Shown here one piece after another: positions 9,329-18,135 of a stretch of 64,000 nt of DNA (the first letter of the stretch is position 1; each line of letters starts with the position of its first letter). The stretch is from positions 800,001 through 864,000 of the forward strand of contig OZ242041.1 in assembly GCA_965205215.1 (NCBI GenBank), read 5' to 3'. A program made the position numbers and the translations under genes. Source of the DNA: Nitrosopumilus sp. Lineage in GTDB: Archaea; Thermoproteota; Nitrososphaeria; Nitrososphaerales; Nitrosopumilaceae. The notes beneath the pieces are model-generated. The model was not told the origin of the DNA, did not search any database, and saw nothing but the letters and a program-made list of their open reading frames with translations.

Positions 9329-10531
9329 ATGCTGAAAACGACGCTACTCTTGATCACGGCAACCGTGCTGCTAGGGGGAATACTAATTGGATCGACTGAC
9401 GCCCACGCATACCTTGGGATTGACTCGACAGACAAGACAGTAAGTGTCAACGCTGACAAGGTCATAGACGCAAGCATCGCAACAAACGGCACGATTCCGA
9501 CTGACGGCAGCGCGGGCGCGTTCGGCTATGGCTTGATATACCTCGGGGCAGACGGCAACGCCGACCTGTCCAACATAATCGTCAGCACGACCCATGCGGG
9601 CGTCCGGGACAGCGAGGCGCAGAGCAGCGCAAGCGATCCAATATTCCACAACCACTACGTGTCCCTGACCAACAACCAGAACGACGCCAAGTGCCCGGGA
9701 CTGGAGGTGGTGGACATTACGTTCCAGCAGCCCGGCAGCACCAGCGTGTCCGGCAATACTGTGAGCCTTGCCGACGTGCCGTTCGTCTTTGAGGGTACGC
9801 ACAGCCTGAGCAGCGCGGACGTGTCGTTTGACGCATCTGGGCATGTTGCCAAGGCCGTGTCATTTACCATCAACCCGGTGGACGCGACCGGCGCGACCAG
9901 CGTCACCGACATACAGGCAGTATGCATAAACGACGTCTCCCTGCAAGATCCGACCGACGTTGCAACCCACCTGCTGATATCCGCTCCGCGAACCGTTGTT
10001 ACATCCGACAGCCTGGCCTCCGCATCCATTGCAGCCGGCGAGGCGATTCCGACTGACGGCAGCGCGGGCGCGTTCGGCTATGGCTTGATATACCTCGGGG
10101 CAGACGGCAACGCAGACCTGTCCAACATAATCGTCAGCACGACCCATGCGGGCGTCCGGGACAGCGAGGCGCAGAGCAGCGCGAGCGATCCGGTATTCCA
10201 CAACCACTACGTGTCCCTGACCAACAACCAGAACGACGCCAAGTGCCCGGGACTGGAGGTGGTGGACATTACGTTCCAGCAGCCCGGCAGCACCAGCGTG
10301 TCCGGCAATACTGTGAGCCTTGCCGACGTGCCGTTCGTCTTTGAGGGCACGCACAGCCTGAGCAGCGCGGACGTGTCGTTTGACGCATCTGGGCATGTTG
10401 CCAAGGCCGTGTCATTTACCATCAACCCGGTGGACGCGACCGGCGCGACCAGCGTCACCGACATACAGGCAGTATGCATAAACGACGTCTCCCTGATAGA
10501 TCCGCTGAGAAGCGCGCCCATGTGCAGATAG
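9329..10531 (+). CDS. Secreted hypothetical protein with two near-identical tandem domains
   Basis: Signal peptide MLKTTLLLITATVLLGGILIG...AHA; a 150-aa domain is repeated with a 184-aa period. Confidence 0.8.
   Translation: MLKTTLLLITATVLLGGILIGSTDAHAYLGIDSTDKTVSVNADKVIDASIATNGTIPTDGSAGAFGYGLIYLGADGNADLSNIIVSTTHAGVRDSEAQSSASDPIFHNHYVSLTNNQNDAKCPGLEVVDITFQQPGSTSVSGNTVSLADVPFVFEGTHSLSSADVSFDASGHVAKAVSFTINPVDATGATSVTDIQAVCINDVSLQDPTDVATHLLISAPRTVVTSDSLASASIAAGEAIPTDGSAGAFGYGLIYLGADGNADLSNIIVSTTHAGVRDSEAQSSASDPVFHNHYVSLTNNQNDAKCPGLEVVDITFQQPGSTSVSGNTVSLADVPFVFEGTHSLSSADVSFDASGHVAKAVSFTINPVDATGATSVTDIQAVCINDVSLIDPLRSAPMCR
9493..10495 (+). repeat. 451-bp near-identical direct repeat (9493-9943 and 10045-10495)
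   Basis: Only a handful of substitutions seen by eye; offset 552 nt. Confidence 0.92.
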
Positions 10532-10685
10532 TAACGCACTAGACTTGCGCAATGGCGGCGCGCCGTCCAGATTTTATTCTGCCTCAAAGCCCCTTGAAAT
10601 GAACACAGGTGGGGCGGAAAACTCCCGATTGGGAGGCGCCGGTCCCAGTGCAACAAATTTTAACCGCAAGTGGACGTGTCTTCCT

Positions 10686-10769
10686 GCAGAGGTCGCCTAG
10701 TTCGGTAGGGCGCGGGCCTTGAGAGCCTGTGTGCGAAAGCACGCGGGGGTTCAAATCCCTCTCTCTGCG
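10686..10769 (+). tRNA. tRNA-Ser (anticodon UGA), intronless, CCA not encoded
   Basis: Acceptor stem GCAGAGG/TCTCTGC plus G discriminator, anticodon loop CTTGAGA, long variable arm TGTGCGAAAGCACG, T-loop GGTTCAAATCC. Confidence 0.95.
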
Positions 10770-10885
10770 CTAATTGTTGCTGCCATTGCCGTTATGGACT
10801 TGACGCGTCCGCCTTACAGTATGTTCATAGCACTGGCATGCCTATAAGATGACCCGTACGCCAGTCCCGAGCGCCGCGCGCCCGC

Positions 10886-11860
10886 CTACTTGCCGGCCCC
10901 GAGCGCCGCGAGCTCCGCGAGCATGGCGGCGAGCTGCACCTCCGGGTTTGCGCCAGACAGTATGCGGTAGTCGTACTCGGCGACCACCCTCAGCATGGCG
11001 CCGAGGTTCTCGGCGCCGGCCGACCTCACAACGGCGGCGCTCGCGTACTTTACAAAGTCCGACTCCGACATGCCGTACACGCGGGTCAGCTCTATCATCT
11101 TCTCGCGCGCACCCGCGACGTCCCCCGCCACGGCCGACGCGAGTATCTTGTCCACGTCTGAGACCTTTGAGAGCCCGGCCGCCGCCTCTATCCCCTCCGG
11201 CGTGACCGCCCTGTCCTTGCCCGCGGCGGCCTGCATGATGTTGATGGCGTGCCTCATGTCGCCGCCCGCATACCCGTATACGGCCTCCAGCCCGTCCTTT
11301 TTGGCGCTCACGCCCTCCTTCTTGGCGATGTGCGCCAGCCTTGCAACGACGTCCTCCCTAGAGACCGCCGTAAACTTGAAGGTCGCAAACCTGCTCTGTA
11401 TGGGCTCGATTATCTTCGATATGTTGTTTGCAATCATGATGAACCTGCACGTGCGCGACGCGTCCTCTATGATGCGGCGCAGCGCGGTCTGCGCGTCGGA
11501 CGTCATCTCGTCGGCCTCATCCAGTATCACTATCTTGAAGGGCACCTCGCTGATGCCCGCAAACCGGGAGTAGCGCTTTATCTTGTCCCTGACCATCCCA
11601 ATGCCGCGCTCGTCTGACGCGTTCAGCTCAAGCGTGTGGTCCCTGTAGTGCTTGCCCAGCACCTGCCTTGCTATGCACAGCGCGGTGGTCGTCTTGCCCA
11701 CGCCGGCAGAGCCCGAGAAGAGCAGGTGCGGCATCTCTGACGGGTTCTTGAGCAGGGCCTCCAAACTCTTGATTATCTCCGACTGGTTCACCACGTCTGC
11801 AAGCTTTGCGGGCCTGTACTTTTCGACCCACATGCCCGCGGCAGCCTCGCCCAGTGACAT
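10886..11860 (-). CDS. rfcS: Replication factor C small subunit
   Basis: WVEKYRP, GSAGVGKTT, LELNASDERGI, ILDEADEMT, IQSR. Confidence 0.95.
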   Translation of the reverse strand: MSLGEAAAGMWVEKYRPAKLADVVNQSEIIKSLEALLKNPSEMPHLLFSGSAGVGKTTTALCIARQVLGKHYRDHTLELNASDERGIGMVRDKIKRYSRFAGISEVPFKIVILDEADEMTSDAQTALRRIIEDASRTCRFIMIANNISKIIEPIQSRFATFKFTAVSREDVVARLAHIAKKEGVSAKKDGLEAVYGYAGGDMRHAINIMQAAAGKDRAVTPEGIEAAAGLSKVSDVDKILASAVAGDVAGAREKMIELTRVYGMSESDFVKYASAAVVRSAGAENLGAMLRVVAEYDYRILSGANPEVQLAAMLAELAALGAGK

Positions 11861-12000
11861 GGCGCGCGTGCGGCGATCCCATTAATAAACTCAGGATCGG
11901 TTCCCGCCATCAAGGCCGGCCATATGCAACGGTAAAGTACGGTATTTATATGGGGCCGCACGGCCGTTACCGCACATGATGGATAAATACAGACTTTGTA

Positions 12001-12642
12001 ATGGTGGGCCAAATGAGCGTCGATAAGGTTGGCCAGATACACGCAGTCGAGTACGGGCTTGAGGAGGTCGAGTTTGAGGCCGGCAGCGACTTCAAGGTGA
12101 GGGTCGGGGGGATAGACGTCGTCGCGCGCCGCGGCGAGACGACCAGGGTGCCCTACTGGGCCGGGCTGGTGCTTGAGAAGAACAAGCTGGGAAGCATGAG
12201 GCTGCCTGACATGATAGCGGCGCTCAAGCAGGCGCTTGCAAAGGAGAGGATCGCCGGCTCCCGCGCGTTCCAGGCGCTCGAGCCGCTGTTCTACGTAAAG
12301 CTAAAGGCGGCCATGAGGCATCTTGAGGGGCGCGACTACGACAGGGTGTACGACATGCTCCTGGAGCTGTTCCGCATGCGCAACGCCAAGATCGTCTCAA
12401 AGGCAAGCTCCATGAAGCTGAGCGCGGACATGAAGTCAAAGCTGACCGTCGAGGAGCAGGCGTTCTACAGCGTGGTGCACCGCACGTGCGCCGAGTTCGA
12501 GGAGCAGATAACGGCCGTATCGTCTGACGGCATGGGCGACATGGAGGTCGTGCGCGAGGAGGAACCGGAACAGGGCCGGACGCCCGGCGGCAGCGCAGCA
12601 ACAACAGCGGCAGCGGCAGCGGGGGGTGAGCAGCGGCAGTGA
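12001..12642 (+). CDS. GINS complex subunit (Gins23-like)
   Basis: VPYWAGLVL, FYVKLK, RNAKIV and LTVEEQAFY pattern; overlaps the mcm start, matching the known gins-mcm linkage. Confidence 0.8.
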   Translation: MVGQMSVDKVGQIHAVEYGLEEVEFEAGSDFKVRVGGIDVVARRGETTRVPYWAGLVLEKNKLGSMRLPDMIAALKQALAKERIAGSRAFQALEPLFYVKLKAAMRHLEGRDYDRVYDMLLELFRMRNAKIVSKASSMKLSADMKSKLTVEEQAFYSVVHRTCAEFEEQITAVSSDGMGDMEVVREEEPEQGRTPGGSAATTAAAAAGGEQRQ

Positions 12643-14768
12643 GCGAACAGGACTCGGCCCAGATGGAACCGAGGGAAGAGGCCGACGACGGTTCGGGCTC
12701 CGAGTATACGAGCTCGGCGCTGTCCGACAAGGTCAAGCAGTTCCTGACCGGCTTCCAGGACCAAAACGGCGAGCGCAAGTACGTGAAGATGATAGACGAG
12801 ATGATGCCCCGGGAGACGCGGCACATCGTGGTGGACTACAACGACCTAATCGACGAGCGCGAGATTGCAGACATGTTCGTGCACAGCCCGGACCTCATAC
12901 TCGCCGCGTTCTCGAGGGCCATCTGGGAGATACTCCAGGTCCGCTTTTACGACTACGCGGAGCAGGTGGGCGAGGAGATCAGGGCGCGCATAAGCAACTA
13001 CCCGCTGATGCGCAGCCTCCGCAAGATAAACGCCGACACCATCGGCACGATGACCAGCGTGTCGGGCATGGTGGTCAGGGCGTCTGAGGTCAACCCGCTT
13101 GCAAAGGAGCTGGTGTACGCGTGCGGGGACGGCCACTACACCAAGATCGTGCAGATAAAGGGCATGGACACAAAGCCGCCCGCGGTATGCGACAACCCGG
13201 ACTGCAAGCTGCGCGACTTTGAGCTAAAGCCCGAGTCCTCAAAGTTCATCGACTTCCAGATACTCAGACTGCAGGAGCTGCCCGAGGACCTGCCGCCGGG
13301 CCAGCTGCCCGACTACATCGACATCATGGTAAAGCAGGATCTGGTCGACAACGCCAGGCCCGGCGACCGCGTCGCGCTCACGGGGCTCGTGCGCGTCGAG
13401 CAGGAGTCCGTCGCCGGCATCGCGAGGACGCGCAGCAGCCTGTACAGGCTGCGCCTGGAGGGCAACAACATAGAGTTCCTCGGCGGCCGCTCAAAGTCGT
13501 CGCGGAAGATAGAGCGCGAGTCGATATCGCCAGAAGACGAGAGGGCCATACTGGCGCTAAAGCAGGACCCGGACATATACGGCAGGCTGATCGAGTCGTT
13601 TGCCCCCCACATCAAGGGGCAGCACCTGATCAAGGAGGCCATCCTGCTGCTGATGGTCGGGTCCGTGCAGCGGGAGCGCGCGGACGGCAGCAAGATACGT
13701 GGCGACATCAACGTGTTCCTGGTCGGCGACCCCGGGACGGCAAAGTCCGAGATGCTAAAGTTCTGCTCCAGGACGGCCCCGCGGGGGCTGTACACGTCCG
13801 GGCGCGGCTCGACTGCCGCGGGGCTCACGGCCTCCGTGGTCAGGGACAAGACCGGCATCATGATGCTCGAGGCGGGCGCCGTCGTGCTGGGAGATCAGGG
13901 GATGGTCGCAATAGACGAGTTTGACAAGATGAGCGCGGAGGACAGGAGCGCGCTCCACGAGGTGATGGAGCAGCAGTCGGCAAGTATCGCAAAGGGCGGG
14001 ATCGTGGCCACCCTGAACGCGAGGACGTCGATACTGGCGGCCGCAAACCCGCTGTACGGCAGGTACGACCCGTTCCGCAACATTACGGAGAACATCAACC
14101 TGCCGATCCCGCTGCTCTCGAGGTTCGACCTGATATTCGTGGTCAGGGACCAGCCGTCGGAGGAGATGGACACGGAGATCGCGCAGCACGTCATAAAGCT
14201 GCACTCTTTGCAGGGGGCCGACACGGCCAATCTGGTCGACGCGGACATGCTGACGAAATATCTGGCGTACGCAAAGCGCTTCACCCCCAAGATGACAAAG
14301 GAGGCAGAGCAGCTGATTGTGGACTATTACATCAAGATGCGCAAGATGGCCCAGTCAGAGGACATGACGCCCGTAACCGCCAGGCAGCTTGAGGGGCTCA
14401 TACGCATATCGACTGCGCGCGCCCGGCTCCTGATGAAGGACATGATAGAGAAGGAGGACGCGGAGAGGGCCATATACCTGCTGGAGCAGATGCTCCAGGA
14501 TGCCGGCGTGGACGTCGACACGGGGGAGATCGACGTCGGGGTGCTGAGGGGCAGGCCCCGCAGCGAGGTCACAAAGATGCAGCTCTTCATGGACGTGCTG
14601 GGGCGCCTGTCCGGCGAGCAGAAGGAGCCGGTGGAGGAAAAGACGCTGGTCACCGAGCTGGAGAACACCGACAAGTTCACGGCCGACGAGGCGCGCAATT
14701 TTATTAAAAAACTCCACCGTGATGGAGTTATTTATGAGAATCGCTCCGGCTTTTACAGCAAGGCATGA
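12639..14768 (+). CDS. mcm: Replicative helicase MCM
   Basis: GDPGTAKS, IDEFDKM, LLSRFDLIF, TARQLEGLIR; no intein-sized insertion. Confidence 0.97.
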   Translation: MSEQDSAQMEPREEADDGSGSEYTSSALSDKVKQFLTGFQDQNGERKYVKMIDEMMPRETRHIVVDYNDLIDEREIADMFVHSPDLILAAFSRAIWEILQVRFYDYAEQVGEEIRARISNYPLMRSLRKINADTIGTMTSVSGMVVRASEVNPLAKELVYACGDGHYTKIVQIKGMDTKPPAVCDNPDCKLRDFELKPESSKFIDFQILRLQELPEDLPPGQLPDYIDIMVKQDLVDNARPGDRVALTGLVRVEQESVAGIARTRSSLYRLRLEGNNIEFLGGRSKSSRKIERESISPEDERAILALKQDPDIYGRLIESFAPHIKGQHLIKEAILLLMVGSVQRERADGSKIRGDINVFLVGDPGTAKSEMLKFCSRTAPRGLYTSGRGSTAAGLTASVVRDKTGIMMLEAGAVVLGDQGMVAIDEFDKMSAEDRSALHEVMEQQSASIAKGGIVATLNARTSILAAANPLYGRYDPFRNITENINLPIPLLSRFDLIFVVRDQPSEEMDTEIAQHVIKLHSLQGADTANLVDADMLTKYLAYAKRFTPKMTKEAEQLIVDYYIKMRKMAQSEDMTPVTARQLEGLIRISTARARLLMKDMIEKEDAERAIYLLEQMLQDAGVDVDTGEIDVGVLRGRPRSEVTKMQLFMDVLGRLSGEQKEPVEEKTLVTELENTDKFTADEARNFIKKLHRDGVIYENRSGFYSKA

Positions 14769-17215
14769 CGAAGAAGAAGGGAAGGGAGCCCGGAGGAGGG
14801 GATTCTCGCGTATCCGGGCTTGGCGCGGTACCGGCCAGCGCCAGAAAGTTTCTCGAGTCGCGCGGGTTTGCGGACCTGTACCCGCCGCAGGCCGCGGCCG
14901 TCGAATCTGGGTTGCTTGACGGTAAGAGCCTGCTCGTCTCGGCGCCCACCGCAAGCGGCAAGACACTCGTAGCAACGCTTGCCATCCTGTCTCACCTGGC
15001 GCGCGGCGGCGGGCGCGTGGTGTACCTGAGCCCGCTCCGGGCGCTCGCGGCAGAAAAGTACGACGAGTTCGCGGCCCTCTCCGGGGTAAAGGTGTCGGGG
15101 GCCGGATGGCGTGGGAGGCTCCAAGCGCTGCGGCAGCAGCAGCAGCAGGACGGGGCCGCGCGGACAGACGCCGCAATCACGACTGCCCGCTTGACCGGCG
15201 AGCGGGGGGCCGCGGCCGCCTCCCGGGGCCCCGTGAAGATCGACGACGCGGACATCGTGGTGGCCACAAACGAGGCCATGGACGCGGCCATGCGCCGCGG
15301 ACGGGAGTGGACGCAGGAGATAGGCCTGATGATAATCGACGAGATACACCTCATCGGCGACGAGTCGCGGGGCCCGACGCTGGAGATGATACTGACGCAG
15401 CAAATACAGCAGCAGCAACAACAACAACAGCAGCAGCGCGAGAAGCAGCACCAAAAGAGTTCACCTCCGCCCAAAATGCAGATCGTCGGCCTGAGCGCCA
15501 CCGTCAGCAACGACGAGGAGATCGCCGAGTGGCTCGGCTGCACGCTGGTCCGCAGCACGTGGAGGCCCGTCCCGCTTGCGGAGGGCATCTGTGACGAGGC
15601 AGGCAGCGTCATGATGAACGACGGCCGCAGGTTCGAGGTCGGGATCGGTACAGAGGGGATGCCGGCGCGGCTGGGCATACACGCGGTGTCGGAGGGCGGC
15701 CAGAGCCTGGTGTTCGCGGCCACGCGGGCGAGCGCCAGGGCGACCGCGGTAAAGGCATCAAAGCGGATTGGCAAGCTGCTCTCAGACGACGAGAGGAGGG
15801 CGCTTGGAAAGATATCTTCAAGGATACTGCCCGCAAGGCTGAGAGCCGGCGCCACCACCACCGCGGTAGCAGCTCCTAAATCTACTGCTCCTTCTCCTTC
15901 TCCGCCTCCTGCCACCACCACCCCTGCATCCCCTCCCACGGAGCTCGAAAAGGATTTGGCCACGCTCGTCTCCACCGGCGTGGCGTTCCACCACGCGGGC
16001 CTCTCCGAGCGGCTCCGGGGCATAGTCGAGTCCGAGTTTCGCCGCGGCTCGATCAGGCTGCTTGCATCGACCCCCACCCTCGCGGCGGGGGTCAACCTAC
16101 CCGCAAGGCGAGTCGTCATAGCATCCGTCAGCCGCTACGACGCAAGGTACGGGTTCAACAGGCCCATCAGCGTGCTCGAGTACAAGCAGCTCTGCGGGAG
16201 GGCCGGCAGGCCCCAGTACGACAAGTACGGCGAGGCCGTCATATCCGCGACGGGCCCGCTGTACGAGCTCCTGGAGCGATACGTGGAAGGCGAGCCCGAG
16301 CCGCTGGAGTCCGGCATCATGGCCGAGAAGGCCATGCGCACGCACCTTTTGACCGTGGCCGTGCTGAACCCTGGAATCCGCCGGGACGACCTGCAGTCGT
16401 TCTTCTCCGCGACGCTCGGGGGGCTCCAGTACCCCGAGAGCGAGGTGGAGGACGCGGTCGGCACGGCGGTGGAGTTCCTGCTCGAGCACGGCATGATCGT
16501 CTCAAAGGGCGGGAGGTACGCGGCCACCTCCCTGGGGAGGAGGACCTCCGGCCTCTACGTGGATCCCGTAACGGCGTCGTACCTGCGCAACGTGGCCGGG
16601 GGCGCCCCGCGCGGCAGCGGCAAGCGCGCGCAGAGGCACACTCTCGGGTTCCTGCACGCGATCATATCCTGCGACGAGTTCAACCCTAGGCAGGACCTCC
16701 TGAAGAACCACTACCATTTCGCGGAGAGCCTGCTGTCGGGCCCGCACCGCTCGGAGCTGCTCTCCCCGGTGTACGCCGAGGAGTGCTCTCGGAGCCTGCT
16801 GGTGCTGCACGACTGGATGAACGAGCGCACGGACAGGGAGATAGAGACCGCATACAAGACGCAGTCCGGCGACCTGCACCGCATGACCGAGAGCGCGGCG
16901 TGGCTTGCATATGTGATGCGCGAGATGGCACGGGACGCGGGCCGCGACGACCTGCTGGCGGAGCTTGCCACCCTGCGCACTAGGCTGAGGTCGGGGATCA
17001 AGGAGGAGCTTGTGGAACTGGCGTCAATCCGGGGGGTGGGCAGGGTCAGGGCGCGCGCCATATATGACGCCGGGCTGCGGAGCATCTCCGACATCAGGGC
17101 CGCGTCCCCGGCCAGGCTTGCCACCATACGGCAGATAGGGCCCACCGTCGCAGAGTCGATAATGCGCTCGGTGTCGGGCAAGTCGGCGGGGTATGGCAGG
17201 AGGCGCGCGCCATGA
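14765..17215 (+). CDS. hel308: Ski2-like DNA helicase Hel308/Hjm
   Basis: APTASGKT, DEIH, LSAT, FHHAGL, TLAAGVNLP, QLCGRAGRP, C-terminal GVGRVRARAIY. Confidence 0.92.
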   Translation: MTKKKGREPGGGDSRVSGLGAVPASARKFLESRGFADLYPPQAAAVESGLLDGKSLLVSAPTASGKTLVATLAILSHLARGGGRVVYLSPLRALAAEKYDEFAALSGVKVSGAGWRGRLQALRQQQQQDGAARTDAAITTARLTGERGAAAASRGPVKIDDADIVVATNEAMDAAMRRGREWTQEIGLMIIDEIHLIGDESRGPTLEMILTQQIQQQQQQQQQQREKQHQKSSPPPKMQIVGLSATVSNDEEIAEWLGCTLVRSTWRPVPLAEGICDEAGSVMMNDGRRFEVGIGTEGMPARLGIHAVSEGGQSLVFAATRASARATAVKASKRIGKLLSDDERRALGKISSRILPARLRAGATTTAVAAPKSTAPSPSPPPATTTPASPPTELEKDLATLVSTGVAFHHAGLSERLRGIVESEFRRGSIRLLASTPTLAAGVNLPARRVVIASVSRYDARYGFNRPISVLEYKQLCGRAGRPQYDKYGEAVISATGPLYELLERYVEGEPEPLESGIMAEKAMRTHLLTVAVLNPGIRRDDLQSFFSATLGGLQYPESEVEDAVGTAVEFLLEHGMIVSKGGRYAATSLGRRTSGLYVDPVTASYLRNVAGGAPRGSGKRAQRHTLGFLHAIISCDEFNPRQDLLKNHYHFAESLLSGPHRSELLSPVYAEECSRSLLVLHDWMNERTDREIETAYKTQSGDLHRMTESAAWLAYVMREMARDAGRDDLLAELATLRTRLRSGIKEELVELASIRGVGRVRARAIYDAGLRSISDIRAASPARLATIRQIGPTVAESIMRSVSGKSAGYGRRRAP

Positions 17216-17254
17216 CGGCATCTTCGTAACGTGCAGCCGGGGACGCCCCCCTCG

Positions 17255-17710
17255 TCATCTTCCGTCCGCAAGGCATCTGCCGCTTTGTAAAAAGTCAATT
17301 ACCTGGTCGTGCGGGACGTCCAGCGCGTACGAAAACTCGGGGCCGCAGCCCGCGCTGACCTCTATCCCCTGGTGCAGGACGTTCTTTCTTACCGTCATTG
17401 AGATGCTTTGCGCGTCGCCGGTTTCCGAGGTGTACTGGACTACCCTCCATGCCATAAAATCGCCATAGTGGGAAGTGCCGTAATTCGGATATTCTTCAGT
17501 GAAGACCTTTACCTCTGGAATCCGTGCAAAGTCTTTTTCAACTGACTCCTCTGAGGGATCCGGCATTATGCTGGCAATCGTGCCAAAGGCAATCATAAAG
17601 AGAACCGGCCCCATGATGATTGCCGCCAATCCGGCCGGGACGGCGATGCCTATTATCAGCGGAATCTTGTACCTTGCCCTCAACACCCCGGTTAGGCCCG
17701 TCATGCCCAT
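17255..17710 (-). CDS. Hypothetical membrane-anchored protein
   Basis: Long hydrophobic N-terminal segment followed by a soluble domain; start uncertain. Confidence 0.6.
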   Translation of the reverse strand: MGMTGLTGVLRARYKIPLIIGIAVPAGLAAIIMGPVLFMIAFGTIASIMPDPSEESVEKDFARIPEVKVFTEEYPNYGTSHYGDFMAWRVVQYTSETGDAQSISMTVRKNVLHQGIEVSAGCGPEFSYALDVPHDQVIDFLQSGRCLADGR

Positions 17711-17859
17711 AAAGAGTTCCGACCGGCCGCTACGTGCCGCAGTACTCACAGGGCCGCCAAGGCATGTGGTGGCCAAAACGGATGGTTCGACGCATGGCCG
17801 TCCGCCTCGGGGCGGACTGACTGCTGCGCGGCGCGGGGCATGCGTGACACAAGCAGACG

Positions 17860-17883
17860 AAAAAAAAAGAAAAGAAAAGAAAT
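17860..17883 (-). terminator. T-rich archaeal terminator-like tract
   Basis: TTTTCTTTTCTTTTTTTTT on the minus strand directly after the small ORF. Confidence 0.5.
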
Positions 17884-17896
17884 GTGCGGATGCCCG

Positions 17897-17995
17897 CTAC
17901 TCGCCTGAGAACTCTCGCACTATCCTCGGAAAGAAGATGGGCGGGGGCCTCTCACCCCCCCGATGACTGTGCAATAGCGTGATCTGTTTCTGCAT
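17897..17995 (-). CDS. Candidate 32-aa small protein (MQKQITLLHSHRGGERPPPIFFPRIVREFSGE)
   Basis: CTTAATAG box 29 nt upstream of the ATG and a long T tract just after the stop. Confidence 0.45.
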   Translation of the reverse strand: MQKQITLLHSHRGGERPPPIFFPRIVREFSGE

Positions 17996-18135
17996 ACAGT
18001 CTGAATCCGTCTATAACTATTAAGTATCATTACCATACTATGCATAGTTTACATAATATTGTAAATACTCATACCTTGCGTGACATGTGGCTTCGTGACG
18101 GGACTCTTTTTAGCGTGCGGCGAGCTTGTGTCTGC

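Noticed and set aside
10686-10880. tRNA-Ser as the integration site of the island
   Set aside because: I found no duplicate of its 3' end in the window, and a core gene (rfcS) follows directly.
10886-14768. Inteins in rfcS or mcm
   Set aside because: Protein lengths are normal and the Walker A regions are uninterrupted.
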